This document shows, one piece after another, positions 9,865 to 20,061 of a stretch of 63,354 bases of DNA. Origin of the DNA: Candidatus Rokuibacteriota bacterium (GTDB lineage Bacteria; Methylomirabilota; Methylomirabilia; Rokubacteriales; CSP1-6); contig JACPCF010000025.1 in assembly GCA_016179965.1 (NCBI GenBank), positions 1 through 63,354 of the forward strand, in the 5' to 3' direction. Each line of letters opens with the position of its first letter. The stretch's first letter is position 1. The notes below the pieces were generated by a model. It made no database searches. It saw only the letters and a list, made by a program, of their open reading frames with translations, and had not been told where the DNA came from. Made by a program: the position numbers and the translations under genes.

Positions 9865-9953
9865 CCGCGGCCCCGAGGCGCGGTTAAATACGCCGAATTG
9901 AGGGCCGACCTCGTCCGTCAAATCAAACGAGCAGACCGACAAGAGGAGGGAAC

Positions 9954-10358
9954 ATGAACGCGCGCTGGGGAGCATCCGTGGTGGGAGTCGCGGCGGCGGT
10001 GGCCGTGCTCGGGCTGGGCGCGGGAGTCTGGGCCCAGGGGAAGTGGGTCGCCCCGCCCGAGGCGAAAAACTTGAAGAACCCGATCGCCAGGTCGGACAAG
10101 GTGATCGCCGACGCCAAGAAGACCGCCGAGGCCAACTGCGTGGCCTGCCACGGCGCCAAGGGCGCCGGGGACGGCCCGGCGGCGGCCGCCCTGCCCGTGA
10201 AGCCCGCCAACTGGACGTCGCCGGCCGTTCAGGGGGAGAGCGACGGCGAGATCTTCTGGAAGATCACCAACGGCCGCGGGCCCATGCCGCCCTGGAAGCA
10301 TCTTTCCGAGAAGGATCGCTGGGCGCTGGTGCACTACATCCGGACGCTCAAGAAGTAA
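9954..10358 (+). CDS. Secreted monoheme cytochrome c
   Basis: Signal peptide, CVACH, distal Met in GPMPPW; RBS GAGGAGG. Confidence 0.9.
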   Translation: MNARWGASVVGVAAAVAVLGLGAGVWAQGKWVAPPEAKNLKNPIARSDKVIADAKKTAEANCVACHGAKGAGDGPAAAALPVKPANWTSPAVQGESDGEIFWKITNGRGPMPPWKHLSEKDRWALVHYIRTLKK

Positions 10359-10376
10359 CCCCGACGGTCTCCTGAG

Positions 10377-10406
10377 GCCCCCTCCGGCTCCGGAGGGGGC
10401 GTTTGT
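10377..10406 (+). terminator. Probable intrinsic terminator
   Basis: GCCCCCTCCGG/CCGGAGGGGGC stem followed by GTTTGT. Confidence 0.6.
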
Positions 10407-10415
10407 ATGTCGGGC

Positions 10416-10445
10416 TTGACTTGACCTCGAGGGCGCCTCTATAAT
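10416..10445 (+). promoter_or_regulatory. Sigma70-type promoter
   Basis: TTGACT-18 nt-TATAAT. Confidence 0.7.
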
Positions 10446-10561
10446 TCGACGATTTTTGCGCTGCGTGGGCTTCCTCCTGCCGACCGTCCGCGGTTCCGGC
10501 CCCGCAGAGTTCCCTTCCGCGGACGATGGGGCCCGGGCCACGGGGTCTGGAAGGATCCGGA

Positions 10562-12943
10562 ATGGACCATCCTGAGCAGGAGCCACCCGACAGTCGCGCC
10601 TGGAATTCCCTCGCCGAGGTCAGCCGGGCGCTCGACTCGCTTCGGGAACGCGTGCAGCAGCTGGAACGACCCGGATCCTCCCGCGGCCCCGCCCACCCTG
10701 AGCCGCCGCTGGAGGCTCTCCGTCAGGCCGTCGGCGAGCCGCTGACCGAGGCCCAGCAGCGGGCCCTCGCCCACTTCCAGGAGATCGCGTCCATTCCGTC
10801 CACCGGCCTGGACGCCAACGAGCTCTTTGGCCTGGCGATGGACCGGATCACCCGGCTGCTGATCGTGGATCGCGCCGTCCTCTTTCTGCTGGATCCCGAC
10901 CAGGGTCGGCTGTACCCCAAGAGCTCCCGCGGGTTCCGCCGGGACGACCTCACCGAGTTCTCCATCCTGCCGGGGGAATGGCTCGTGGGACGGGCCTTCC
11001 GGGAGGGCCGGCCGGTCGTCCACTCCACCCCCGTCGGCGACACGCCGGCGGATCCGTTCATCGTTCGGTTTCCGGTCCGGGACGCGATCGCGCTGCCCAT
11101 CCGCGCCGAAGGGGAGGTCGTGGGCGTCCTCTACGCCGGCCGGCGCGGCCGCCCGGCGCCCTTCGGCGCGGACGAGGTGCAGCTGCTGCTGTTCATCGCC
11201 GACCGGGTAGGGACCGCGCTCGTTCATCGGCGCCTCGTGGACAAAATCGCCGGCCAGGTGGACCGCCTCCGGGAGCTGGTGGCGGTGTCGGTGCGGTCCA
11301 GCCTGCGCTTCGACGTCGAAGAGGCCCTCTCCTCCGCGTGCGAGGCCGGCTGTCGGCTGCTGGGGGTGCGCGGCGCCGCCATCGCCCTGACCCGCCCCGA
11401 CGGTCACCTGGGGCCGCGCGGGAGCTATGGGCTCGCGCGGGACGCCCTCGATCCGTGGCGCCCCCGACGCGACGAAGGGCTGACGGGGGACGCGTTCGCC
11501 AGCCAGCAGCCGGTGGTCTGCCCCGACCTCACGGGCCGGGCGGAGGGCGCGGACCCGTCGCTGCTGGCGCTGGGCCTGCGCTCCCTCCTCCTCGTTCCCC
11601 TCCGGACCCGAAACGGCGTGATCGGGTGCCTCTACCTGGGAGACCGGAGCGTCAAGGATTTTTCCGCCGACGAGGTCGAGGCCGCGCGACTCCTGGCCGC
11701 GCTGGCCGCGATCGCCGTGGAGAATTCGCAGCTCTACGACGAACTGCGGCGAGCGCACCACGAGCTCGAGACGACCTTCGAGCAGCTGCTCCAGAGCGAG
11801 AAGGCGCGGGCCCTGGGCGAGATGTCGGCGGGCGTCGCCCACGAGTTCAACAACGTGCTGGCGATCATCGTGGGCAAGGCTCAGCTGATGCTCGAGCGCA
11901 CGCAGGAGGCGTCGGTCCGCGAGGATCTCGGCGTCATCGAGGAGGCGGCCTGGCGCGCCGCCGACACCATCCGCCGCCTCCAGCGCTTCGCGCTGACGCG
12001 GATGGACGAGAAGCCGACCCTGCTGGATCTCAACCGGCTCATCGACGACGCCGTCACCCTGACGCGGCCGCGCTGGAAGGACGAAGCCGAGGCGCGCGGC
12101 ATCCGCGTGGAGGTGGTGACCGACCTGGAAGAGACGACACCGGTCCTCGGCGATCCGGCCGACCTCCGCGAGATGGTGACGAACCTGATCCTGAACGCGC
12201 TCGACGCCATGCCCAACGGCGGCCGCCTGCTCTTCAGCACGCGGAGACGCCCGCACGCCGTGGAGCTGGTCGTCACCGACACGGGGGGGGGGATGCCGGA
12301 GGAGGTGCGCCGCCGGGTCTTCGAGCCGTTCTTCACCACGCGCTCCCCCCAGCGCACCGGGCTGGGGCTCTCCGTCGCCCACGGCATCGTCGCGCGCCAC
12401 CGGGGAAGCATCGAGATCGAGAGCCAGGAAGGACACGGCACGACGGTGCGGATCTCCCTGCCGACCACTGCCGCGGCCGGGACCGTTCCCGCGCCGAGCC
12501 CGGGGCCCCTCGCCGAGGCCGCTGCACCCACGCACCCGCAGAGCGGGCACCCGGCGTGGGGACCCGCCGCCACGATCCTGGTCATCGAGGATGAGGATCG
12601 CCTGCGGCGGACGCTCGTGGATATGCTGACCCGGGCGGGGCACTCGGTGGAAGCGGCCCGGGATGGGCTCGACGGGTTGGCCCGCTTCCAGGGCGGGCGC
12701 TTCGACCTCGTGGTCACCGACCTCAGCATGCCCGAGTGCTCCGGCCTGGAGGTCGCCCGCGGCGTGAAGAAGATGAGCCCCGCGACCCCCGTCGTCCTGA
12801 TCACGGGCTGGGGGGATCTGCTGGACCCCGCCCGCATCGAGGAGGCGGGGGTGGATCTGATGATCGTCAAGCCGTTCCGGGTCGAGCGGGTCCTGACCGT
12901 CGTCGCCGACGCCCTGAGACTCGGACGCCGCCCCGGTTCCTGA
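10562..12943 (+). CDS. Cytoplasmic hybrid histidine kinase (GAF-GAF-HisKA-HATPase-REC)
   Basis: GVAHEFNN H-box, NLILNALDAM, DTGGG, FEPFFTT, GLGL; REC VIEDE...VTDLSMP...KPF. Start could be 10526. Confidence 0.93.
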   Translation: MDHPEQEPPDSRAWNSLAEVSRALDSLRERVQQLERPGSSRGPAHPEPPLEALRQAVGEPLTEAQQRALAHFQEIASIPSTGLDANELFGLAMDRITRLLIVDRAVLFLLDPDQGRLYPKSSRGFRRDDLTEFSILPGEWLVGRAFREGRPVVHSTPVGDTPADPFIVRFPVRDAIALPIRAEGEVVGVLYAGRRGRPAPFGADEVQLLLFIADRVGTALVHRRLVDKIAGQVDRLRELVAVSVRSSLRFDVEEALSSACEAGCRLLGVRGAAIALTRPDGHLGPRGSYGLARDALDPWRPRRDEGLTGDAFASQQPVVCPDLTGRAEGADPSLLALGLRSLLLVPLRTRNGVIGCLYLGDRSVKDFSADEVEAARLLAALAAIAVENSQLYDELRRAHHELETTFEQLLQSEKARALGEMSAGVAHEFNNVLAIIVGKAQLMLERTQEASVREDLGVIEEAAWRAADTIRRLQRFALTRMDEKPTLLDLNRLIDDAVTLTRPRWKDEAEARGIRVEVVTDLEETTPVLGDPADLREMVTNLILNALDAMPNGGRLLFSTRRRPHAVELVVTDTGGGMPEEVRRRVFEPFFTTRSPQRTGLGLSVAHGIVARHRGSIEIESQEGHGTTVRISLPTTAAAGTVPAPSPGPLAEAAAPTHPQSGHPAWGPAATILVIEDEDRLRRTLVDMLTRAGHSVEAARDGLDGLARFQGGRFDLVVTDLSMPECSGLEVARGVKKMSPATPVVLITGWGDLLDPARIEEAGVDLMIVKPFRVERVLTVVADALRLGRRPGS

Positions 12944-12944
12944 C

Positions 12945-13877
12945 ATTCGTCGGCTGGCCGCCATCGATCTCGGCACCAACACGGTCCGTCTGCTCGTCGT
13001 GGAAGTCCCGCCCAGGGGGCCGCGGCGCGCGCTCGATCAGACCCAGGTCATCACTCGCCTCGGCGAAGGGCTCGCCGTCACGCGGCGCCTGGGCGAGGCC
13101 GCGATGAGCCGCACCCTCGCCGTCGTGGACGAGTTCTGCCGGCGGGCGCACGCTCAGGGCGCCGACGACATCCTGATCGTCGCCACCAGTGCCGTGCGCG
13201 AGGCCCTGAACCGTCAGGAGTTCGTGGATCGTGTGCAGCGCGCGGTCGGGCGCGCCGTGGAGGTGGTGACGGGAGAGGAAGAGGCTCGTCTCGCCCTCCT
13301 CGGCGTCCTGGACGGGCTTCCCGATCTGCCCAGCGCCTTCGTGCTGTTCGACATCGGCGGAGGGAGCACCGAGTTCATCCGGGGCCGCGAGCGACGGGTC
13401 GTGGCGGCCGTGAGCCTCCCGCTCGGGGTCGTGGGGCTCGCGGAGCGCTACATGACCGCGGGCCCGGTGGACTGGTCGCGCTACGCGGCCATGGAGCGGG
13501 AGATCCGCGTCGCACTGAGCGCCGGCCTGAGCGGGTTCGCCACCGCCTCCCAGCCCGAGCCGCTGGTCGGCACCGCCGGCACTGTGACGACGCTCGCGGC
13601 GCTGGATCAGGAGCTTCAAGCCTACGATCCCGAGCGCGTCCAGGGATACGTGCTCGAGCGGCCGCGCATCGAGCGCCTCCTCCGGCGCCTCGGAGCGCTG
13701 CCGGTGGCGGCGCGGGCCGCGCTGCCCTGCCTCGAGCCCGGGCGGGCGGACCTCATCATCCCCGGGACCGCGATCTGCCTGGCCGCCATGGAGCGCTTCG
13801 GCGCGGCGGCCATCCGCGTCAGCGACGTCGGCCTTCGCGAAGGCATCCTGATCGAGTACCTCTCCGGCTCGCCTTGA
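12945..13877 (+). CDS. Ppx/GppA family phosphatase
   Basis: AAIDLGTNT, ATSAVREA, EEARL, DIGGGSTE, GTAGT, GLREG; start appears non-canonical (ATT). Confidence 0.9.
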   Translation: MRRLAAIDLGTNTVRLLVVEVPPRGPRRALDQTQVITRLGEGLAVTRRLGEAAMSRTLAVVDEFCRRAHAQGADDILIVATSAVREALNRQEFVDRVQRAVGRAVEVVTGEEEARLALLGVLDGLPDLPSAFVLFDIGGGSTEFIRGRERRVVAAVSLPLGVVGLAERYMTAGPVDWSRYAAMEREIRVALSAGLSGFATASQPEPLVGTAGTVTTLAALDQELQAYDPERVQGYVLERPRIERLLRRLGALPVAARAALPCLEPGRADLIIPGTAICLAAMERFGAAAIRVSDVGLREGILIEYLSGSP

Positions 13878-13909
13878 CGGGGCTCGCGGCCCGGTGTTAG
13901 CGTCCGGGT

Positions 13910-14836
13910 GTGCTCCGAGCGTTCCTCCTTTATCTGTCCAACAAGCCCCGCCTGGGGCGGACGCTCGACCGCGTGCCGCTCACCCGCCGTCTGGTCCGGC
14001 GCTTCGTGGCCGGCACGACGGCCGAGGCGGCCTTCCCTGTCATCGAGCGCCTCCAGGTCGCCGACCTCCTCTCCGCGATCACGTACCTCGGGGAGAACGT
14101 GCTGACGGAGGCGGCGGCGCGGCGAGCCGCGGACGTCTACCTTTCCCTCTTGGACGAGATCAAGCGGCGCGACCTCCCCTGCGTCCCGTCCCTCAAGCTC
14201 ACCCACCTGGGGCTCGACCTCTCGGCGGCGCTCTGCCGCGAGAACCTCGAGCGCGTGCTGGACCGGGCCCAGGCTGCCGGGAGACTCTGCTGGATCGACA
14301 TGGAATCGTCCGCCTACACGGACCGGACCCTGGCGCTCTACGAAGCCCTCAGGCGGCGCTTCCTCAACGCGGCGTGCGTCATCCAGGCCTACCTCCGGCG
14401 GAGCGCCGACGACCTCCCACGCCTGATCGGGCTCGGCGCGACGATCCGGCTCTGCAAGGGGGCCTATCGAGAGCCCCCGCGGCTGGCATTCGTCACGAAG
14501 CGGGAGGTGGACGCGAACTACGCGCGGCTCATGGACCTGCTCTTGACCCCCGAGGCGCTCGCCCGCGGCGCGTACCCCGCCTTCGCCACCCACGATGAGC
14601 GGCTGATCGCGCGGGCGGCGGGCCGGGCGCGGGAGCTGGGGATCCCGCCCGAGAAATTCGAGATCCAGATGCTCTACGGGATCCGCCACGACCTGCGCAC
14701 CAGGATCCGGGATCAGGGACTGCGGCTCAGGGTCCTGGTCCCATTCGGGGAAGACTGGTACGGCTACTTCGTGCGCCGTCTGGCCGAGCGCCCCGCCAAC
14801 CTCCTCTTCCTCCTGAAGAACCTGGTGCGCCCGTGA
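13910..14836 (+). CDS. Monofunctional proline dehydrogenase
   Basis: RRFVAG, SLKLTHLG, IDME, IQAYLRRS, RLCKGAYRE, ATHD, QMLYG, YFVRRLAERPAN. Confidence 0.93.
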   Translation: MLRAFLLYLSNKPRLGRTLDRVPLTRRLVRRFVAGTTAEAAFPVIERLQVADLLSAITYLGENVLTEAAARRAADVYLSLLDEIKRRDLPCVPSLKLTHLGLDLSAALCRENLERVLDRAQAAGRLCWIDMESSAYTDRTLALYEALRRRFLNAACVIQAYLRRSADDLPRLIGLGATIRLCKGAYREPPRLAFVTKREVDANYARLMDLLLTPEALARGAYPAFATHDERLIARAAGRARELGIPPEKFEIQMLYGIRHDLRTRIRDQGLRLRVLVPFGEDWYGYFVRRLAERPANLLFLLKNLVRP

Positions 14837-14854
14837 CGTCCACGCAAACACGGA

Positions 14855-14931
14855 GGCCAGCGGGGAGTGCTCCCTTCGCTCGGACCTCCTCGCCTCGACG
14901 GCCCCGGCTCGCTCGAGCACCGTCGCTGGCC
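14855..14931. repeat. REP-like hairpin element
   Basis: GGCCAGCG/CGCTGGCC and GTGCTC/GAGCAC stems; internal CTTCGCTCG and CTCGCTCG motifs. Confidence 0.5.
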
Positions 14932-14997
14932 CCCCCATCCCCCCGAGGCAGGGGGCAGGCGGTTTTCTCCTGTAGCAAGAATTTGACAGTCCCTGAC

Positions 14998-15098
14998 GTC
15001 AGACGCTGTCAGCGTCTGACACCTGCCCTCACGAGACCTCTAGAAAAGAATAGAATCTCAAGCAGTTACGGCTCGACGGGCCTGGCATCGCCGATGCA
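14998..15098 (+). promoter_or_regulatory. Sigma54 promoter with palindromic upstream site and IHF-like site
   Basis: GTCAGACGCTG-T-CAGCGTCTGAC (14998-15020); TCTCAAGCAGTTA (15056-15068); TGGCAT-N5-ATGCA, i.e. GG-N10-GC (15083-15098). Confidence 0.65.
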
Positions 15099-15122
15099 AT
15101 TTGAGACGGCGGGGCCGACACT

Positions 15123-15572
15123 ATGAACGCGCATCAAGGAGTGGCGAACCTGATGGATTACCGCCAGAGCCGGCCGTGGATGGAGCTGATTCTGCCCCTC
15201 TACTCGCTGGCGATGGTGATCCTCTACTACCGCCCCCAGGCGCTCCCGCCCGCCATCGAGGAGAAGCTGGTGGACGGGATGTTCAGGTGGGTGATCTGGG
15301 GCATCGTGGGGGCGCTGGGTGGCGTCCTCGCCCTCTCGGCCCTCTTCCTGGCCTTCTACCTCCTCTACTCGCCCGTCTACCTCGTCGAAAACGCCCGGCG
15401 GATCCTGGACCCCCACGTGTGGGTGGACCACCGGGAGGTGCGCTTCTACCTGGGGTGCTTCGTCCTGCTCGTGTCCCTGGTGGCCCTCGCGCTGATGAAT
15501 CCCGACGCCGCCCTCGTCTCCTTCGTCCTGTTGGCCGGCTCCGCCCAGTTCCTCTGGCGCTTCCTCGTCTAA
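15123..15572 (+). CDS. Hypothetical membrane protein (about 4 hydrophobic segments)
   Basis: 149 aa, hydrophobic, GC3-rich codons. Confidence 0.75.
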   Translation: MNAHQGVANLMDYRQSRPWMELILPLYSLAMVILYYRPQALPPAIEEKLVDGMFRWVIWGIVGALGGVLALSALFLAFYLLYSPVYLVENARRILDPHVWVDHREVRFYLGCFVLLVSLVALALMNPDAALVSFVLLAGSAQFLWRFLV

Positions 15573-15621
15573 CCCGGCTCTGAGCCAATCTTTTCGCCGG
15601 CTTGGGCCGCCCTCGACCCGG

Positions 15622-15650
15622 TTGACAGGCGGGGGCCTCCCGATTATCCT
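15622..15650 (+). promoter_or_regulatory. Sigma70-type promoter for HNH-uvrB-uvrC
   Basis: TTGACA-17 nt-TATCCT. Confidence 0.65.
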
Positions 15651-15661
15651 TTGAGAGGTAT

Positions 15662-16192
15662 ATGGATGAAATTGCCGTATTGGTCCTGAACTATACCTTC
15701 GAGCCGCTCCACTTCACGAATGCCAAGCGAGCCATCACGCTTCTCCTCAGCGGCAAGGCCCAGAGCGTCGAGCCGTCGCCCCGGGTGATCCGCTCCCCCT
15801 CGGTGAGCTTCCAGCTGCCGTCGGTGATCCGCCTGGCCGTGTACATCCGGAAGCCGTTCCTGGACCGGGTCGCCTTCAACAAGAAAAACATCCTGCGGCG
15901 GGACGGCTACACCTGCCAGTACTGCGCCCGGCGCGGCGAGCGGCTGACCGTGGATCACATCGTCCCGCGCTCCCGCGGCGGGGAGACGACGTGGACCAAC
16001 GTGGTGGCCGCCTGCCTCCGCTGCAACCTCCGAAAGGGCAACCGCACGCTCCACGAAGGCGCGATGACGCTGATCCGGGAGCCGGTGCATCCACAGTTCC
16101 TGTTCTCGGTCCATCTCTTACGTCACCCGCACGCGAACTCCTTCCTCGATTCCTGGCGCAAGTACCTCGTCGCCGTCCCCTCCACCCTCTGA
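15662..16192 (+). CDS. HNH endonuclease (McrA-like family)
   Basis: [53 protein letters not shown]. Confidence 0.92.
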   Translation: MDEIAVLVLNYTFEPLHFTNAKRAITLLLSGKAQSVEPSPRVIRSPSVSFQLPSVIRLAVYIRKPFLDRVAFNKKNILRRDGYTCQYCARRGERLTVDHIVPRSRGGETTWTNVVAACLRCNLRKGNRTLHEGAMTLIREPVHPQFLFSVHLLRHPHANSFLDSWRKYLVAVPSTL

Positions 16193-16197
16193 ATCCG

Positions 16198-18183
16198 GTG
16201 TTTCAACTCTCCTCCGATTTCGAGCCCCGGGGAGACCAGCCCCAGGCGATCGAGCGGCTGGTCCGCCTGATCGAGGAAAGGCGCCCGCACGCGGTGCTCC
16301 TCGGCGTCACCGGCTCGGGGAAGACGTTCACCGTGGCCAGCGCGATCGCACGAGTGCAGCGCTCAACCCTGGTCATCTCGCCGAACAAGACCCTGGCGGC
16401 GCAGCTCTACAGCGAGTTCAAGGCCTTCTTCCCGTCGAGCGCGGTCGAGTACTTCGTCTCCTACTACGACTACTACCAGCCCGAGGCCTACATCCCCCAG
16501 ACGGACACCTACATCGAGAAGGACGCCCTGATCAACGACGAGATCGACCGGATGCGCCACTCCGCGACCCAGGCGCTCTTCGAGCGGCGGGACGTCATCG
16601 TCGTGGCCTCGGTCTCCTGCATCTACGGCATCGGCGCCCCCGAAACGTACCGCGGCATGCACGTGGCACTCGCCGAGGGCGCGACGCTGGACCGCGACCG
16701 CATGATCCAGCAGCTCGTGGCCATCCAGTACGAGCGCAACGACTACGACTTCCACCGCGGCACCTTCCGCGTGCGCGGGGACGTGGTCGAGGTTTTTCCA
16801 GCATCAGGTGACACGACGGCCCTCAGGATCGAGCTGTTCGGCGACACGGTAGAGGCCATCTGCCAGATCGACCCCCTCAAGGGCCAGCTGCGGGAGCGGG
16901 TGGGGCAGGTCGCCATCTATCCCGCCAACCACTACGTGACCCCGGAGGACCAGCTGGAACGGGCGATCGAAGGGATCAAGGAGGAGCTGGCAGAGCGGCT
17001 GGAGTTCTTCCGCTCCACCAACCGGTTGCTTGAAGCTCAGAGACTCGAGCAACGTACGTTGTTCGACATCGAGATGCTGCGCGAGATCGGCTACTGCCAC
17101 GGGATCGAGAACTACTCGCGCCACCTGACCGGGCGGAAGCCGGGAGAGCCGCCGCCGACCCTCATGGACTACCTGCCCAAGGACGCGCTGATCATCATCG
17201 ACGAGAGCCACGTGGCCGTCCCCCAGATCCGGGGGATGTACCACGGCGACCGGTCGCGGAAAGAGACTCTCGTGGAATACGGGTTTCGCCTCCCCTCAGC
17301 CTTCGACAACCGGCCGCTGACCTTCGAGGAGTTCTGCGCGATGACCGGGCAGACCGTGTACGTCTCCGCGACCCCCGCGGCGTACGAGCTCCACCAGGCG
17401 GGCGACGCGGTGGCCGAGCAGATCATCCGGCCCACCGGGCTCATGGATCCCGCCATGACGGTGCGCCCCGCGACGGAGCAGGTGGACGACCTGCTCCACG
17501 AGATCAGGACGCGGGCCGAGCGCGACGAGCGGGTGCTGGTGACCACGCTGACCAAGCGGATGGCCGAGGATCTCACCGAGTACTACCAGCAGATGGGGTG
17601 TCGGGTCCGGTACCTCCACTCGGACATCGACACCCTGGACCGGGTCGAGCTGATCCGCGACCTCCGCCTCGGGAAGTTCGACTCCCTGATCGGCATCAAC
17701 CTCCTCCGGGAGGGACTCGACATCCCCGAGGTCTCGCTGGTCGCGATCCTCGACGCCGACAAGGAGGGCTACCTCCGCTCGGCGACCTCCCTCATCCAGA
17801 CCGCCGGCCGCGCCGCCCGGAACGTCCGGGGCGAGGTCATCCTCTACGCCGACCGGATGACGGAATCGATGAAAACCACCATCGCCGAGACCGAGCGCCG
17901 GAGGAAGGTCCAGGAAGAGTACAACCGGCAACACGGGATCACCCCGGAATCCATCAAGAAGTCCATCCGCGAGCTGCTCCAGACCGTGTGGGAGCGCGAC
18001 TACTACACGGTGGAGGTCGCCCGGGAGCGCGAGGAGGCCTACGCGTCCAGCGAAGCGCTCGAGGCCCGGGTGAAGGAGCTGGAGGCGGCGATGAAGGAGG
18101 CGGCCCGGCGCCTGGACTTCGAGCGGGCGGCCGAGCTGCGCGACAGGATCAAGGCGTTGAAGAAGAAGGAGCTGACGCTCTAG
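16198..18183 (+). CDS. uvrB: Excinuclease ABC subunit B
   Basis: [44 protein letters not shown]-terminal UVR domain; GTG start at 16198. Confidence 0.98.
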   Translation: MFQLSSDFEPRGDQPQAIERLVRLIEERRPHAVLLGVTGSGKTFTVASAIARVQRSTLVISPNKTLAAQLYSEFKAFFPSSAVEYFVSYYDYYQPEAYIPQTDTYIEKDALINDEIDRMRHSATQALFERRDVIVVASVSCIYGIGAPETYRGMHVALAEGATLDRDRMIQQLVAIQYERNDYDFHRGTFRVRGDVVEVFPASGDTTALRIELFGDTVEAICQIDPLKGQLRERVGQVAIYPANHYVTPEDQLERAIEGIKEELAERLEFFRSTNRLLEAQRLEQRTLFDIEMLREIGYCHGIENYSRHLTGRKPGEPPPTLMDYLPKDALIIIDESHVAVPQIRGMYHGDRSRKETLVEYGFRLPSAFDNRPLTFEEFCAMTGQTVYVSATPAAYELHQAGDAVAEQIIRPTGLMDPAMTVRPATEQVDDLLHEIRTRAERDERVLVTTLTKRMAEDLTEYYQQMGCRVRYLHSDIDTLDRVELIRDLRLGKFDSLIGINLLREGLDIPEVSLVAILDADKEGYLRSATSLIQTAGRAARNVRGEVILYADRMTESMKTTIAETERRRKVQEEYNRQHGITPESIKKSIRELLQTVWERDYYTVEVAREREEAYASSEALEARVKELEAAMKEAARRLDFERAAELRDRIKALKKKELTL

Positions 18184-18189
18184 CGCGCC

Positions 18190-20061
18190 ATGACCCTCGA
18201 CGACAAGCTCCAGCGCCTGCCCGACCGGTCCGGCGTCTATCTCTTCAGGGACGCCAAGGGCCAGGTCGTCTACATCGGCAAGGCGGCCTCCCTCCGGAGC
18301 CGCGTCCGCTCGTACTTTCAGGAGTCCCGGCCCCGGGACCCCAAAACGGACGCCTTGGTGCGGCAGATCAGAGAGCTCGATGTCATCGTCACCGACAACG
18401 AGCTGGAGGCCCTGATCCTCGAGTCCAACCTCGTCAAGAAGCACCGCCCCCGCTACAACATCATCCTCCGGGACGACAAGCACTACCCGTTCCTCAAGCT
18501 CACCACCAACGAGGACTTCCCCCGCCTCGTGGTCGCCCGCCGGGTCCAGAACGACGGCGGCGCCTACTTCGGACCGTTCTATCCGGCCACGGCCATGCGC
18601 GAGACGTTGAGGCTCGTCAGGCAGCTCTTTCCCCTCAGGACCTGCCGGATCAAGATCGACGGGTCGCTCGAGCGGCCCTGCGTCCAGTACTACATCCACC
18701 GCTGCAAGGCCCCGTGCACCGGGTGGGAGACGAAGGAGGGCTACGCCCAGACCGTCAGGGACGTGGAGCGGTTCCTGGAGGGCAAGAACGACGACTTGGC
18801 CAAGGAGCTGACCCGGGAGATGGAGAGCGCGGCGGCCGAGCTGAAGTTCGAGCGGGCGGCGGCGTTGCGCGATCAGGTCCAGGCCCTGAACACGGTGAGG
18901 GAGCGCCAGAAAATCATCTCCACGGAAGAGGTGGATCAGGACATCCTCGGGGTGGTGCGCCAGGGGAGCGACGCGTGCGTCCAGCTCTTCTTCGTGAGGC
19001 GCGGGCGCCTCCTGGGCCGGGAGTCCTTCTTCTTCGACCGCGTGTCGGGGTGGAGCGACGGCGAGATCCTGGGGGCGTTCATCCGACAGTTCTACGCGAA
19101 AAACGTCACCCCGCCGCCCGAGCTCCTCCTCTCCGAGGAGATTCCCGACGCCGAGCTGACCCGGGAGTGGCTGAGCCGCCGGCGCGAGGCGCGGGTGGAG
19201 CTCTTCGCCCCCCGGCGGGGCAAGAAGCGCGAGTTCGTGGCGATGGCGGAGGAGAACGCGGCCCTGGCGCTTCAGACTCACCTGCTCTCCCGGGACAACC
19301 GCCAGCAGGTCATCCAGGAGGAGCTGCGGCGCGCGCTGAACCTCCCCGGCCTTCCCAACCGGATCGAAGGCTTCGACATCTCCAACATCCAGGGGAGCGA
19401 GGCCGTCGGCTCCATGGTCGTCTGGGAGAACGGGGGCATGAAGAAGGACGACTACAAGCGCTTCAAGATCAAGAGCGTCGAGGGGGCGGACGACTACGCC
19501 ATGCTCGGGGAGGTGCTCGCGCGCCGCTACGCCCGGGCCCTGGAGGAGGGAGGGGTGCTGCCGGATCTGATCCTCCTCGACGGGGGCCGCGGCCAGCTCA
19601 ACGTGGGGGTAAAAATTCTGGAGGACCTCGGGCTGGACTGGATCCCCCTGGTGGCCCTCGCCAAGCGGGAGGAGGAGGTGTACACGCCCGAGAGCCTCCA
19701 GCCGCTCGCCCTCGACCTGACCGCCCCCGGGCTCTTGACGCTCAGAAAAATCCGCGACGAGGCCCACCGGTTCGCCGTGTCCTACCACAAGACCCTCAGG
19801 AGCCGGCGGACGATCCAGTCGGTACTGGACCAGATTCCCGGCGTGGGCCCGGCCATTCGAACCACCCTCCTGAAATCCCTGGGCTCCGCCCGCAAGGTCC
19901 GGGAGGCCTCCGTCGCGGAGCTGGCGGCCGTTCCCAAGGTCACTCCGAAGCTCGCCCAGAAGATCCACGCCTTCTTCCACCCGGCCGCCGCGGCGGAGGG
20001 GGGGAACTTTCCGGAGGGTCCGCCGGTTAATGGGAGTGAACTCCACAACGGAAGGGGGTGA
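18190..20061 (+). CDS. uvrC: Excinuclease ABC subunit C
   Basis: GVY...YIGKA (GIY-YIG), DDKHYP, EGFDIS, DGGRGQ, RDEAHRFA, HhH. Confidence 0.98.
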   Translation: MTLDDKLQRLPDRSGVYLFRDAKGQVVYIGKAASLRSRVRSYFQESRPRDPKTDALVRQIRELDVIVTDNELEALILESNLVKKHRPRYNIILRDDKHYPFLKLTTNEDFPRLVVARRVQNDGGAYFGPFYPATAMRETLRLVRQLFPLRTCRIKIDGSLERPCVQYYIHRCKAPCTGWETKEGYAQTVRDVERFLEGKNDDLAKELTREMESAAAELKFERAAALRDQVQALNTVRERQKIISTEEVDQDILGVVRQGSDACVQLFFVRRGRLLGRESFFFDRVSGWSDGEILGAFIRQFYAKNVTPPPELLLSEEIPDAELTREWLSRRREARVELFAPRRGKKREFVAMAEENAALALQTHLLSRDNRQQVIQEELRRALNLPGLPNRIEGFDISNIQGSEAVGSMVVWENGGMKKDDYKRFKIKSVEGADDYAMLGEVLARRYARALEEGGVLPDLILLDGGRGQLNVGVKILEDLGLDWIPLVALAKREEEVYTPESLQPLALDLTAPGLLTLRKIRDEAHRFAVSYHKTLRSRRTIQSVLDQIPGVGPAIRTTLLKSLGSARKVREASVAELAAVPKVTPKLAQKIHAFFHPAAAAEGGNFPEGPPVNGSELHNGRG

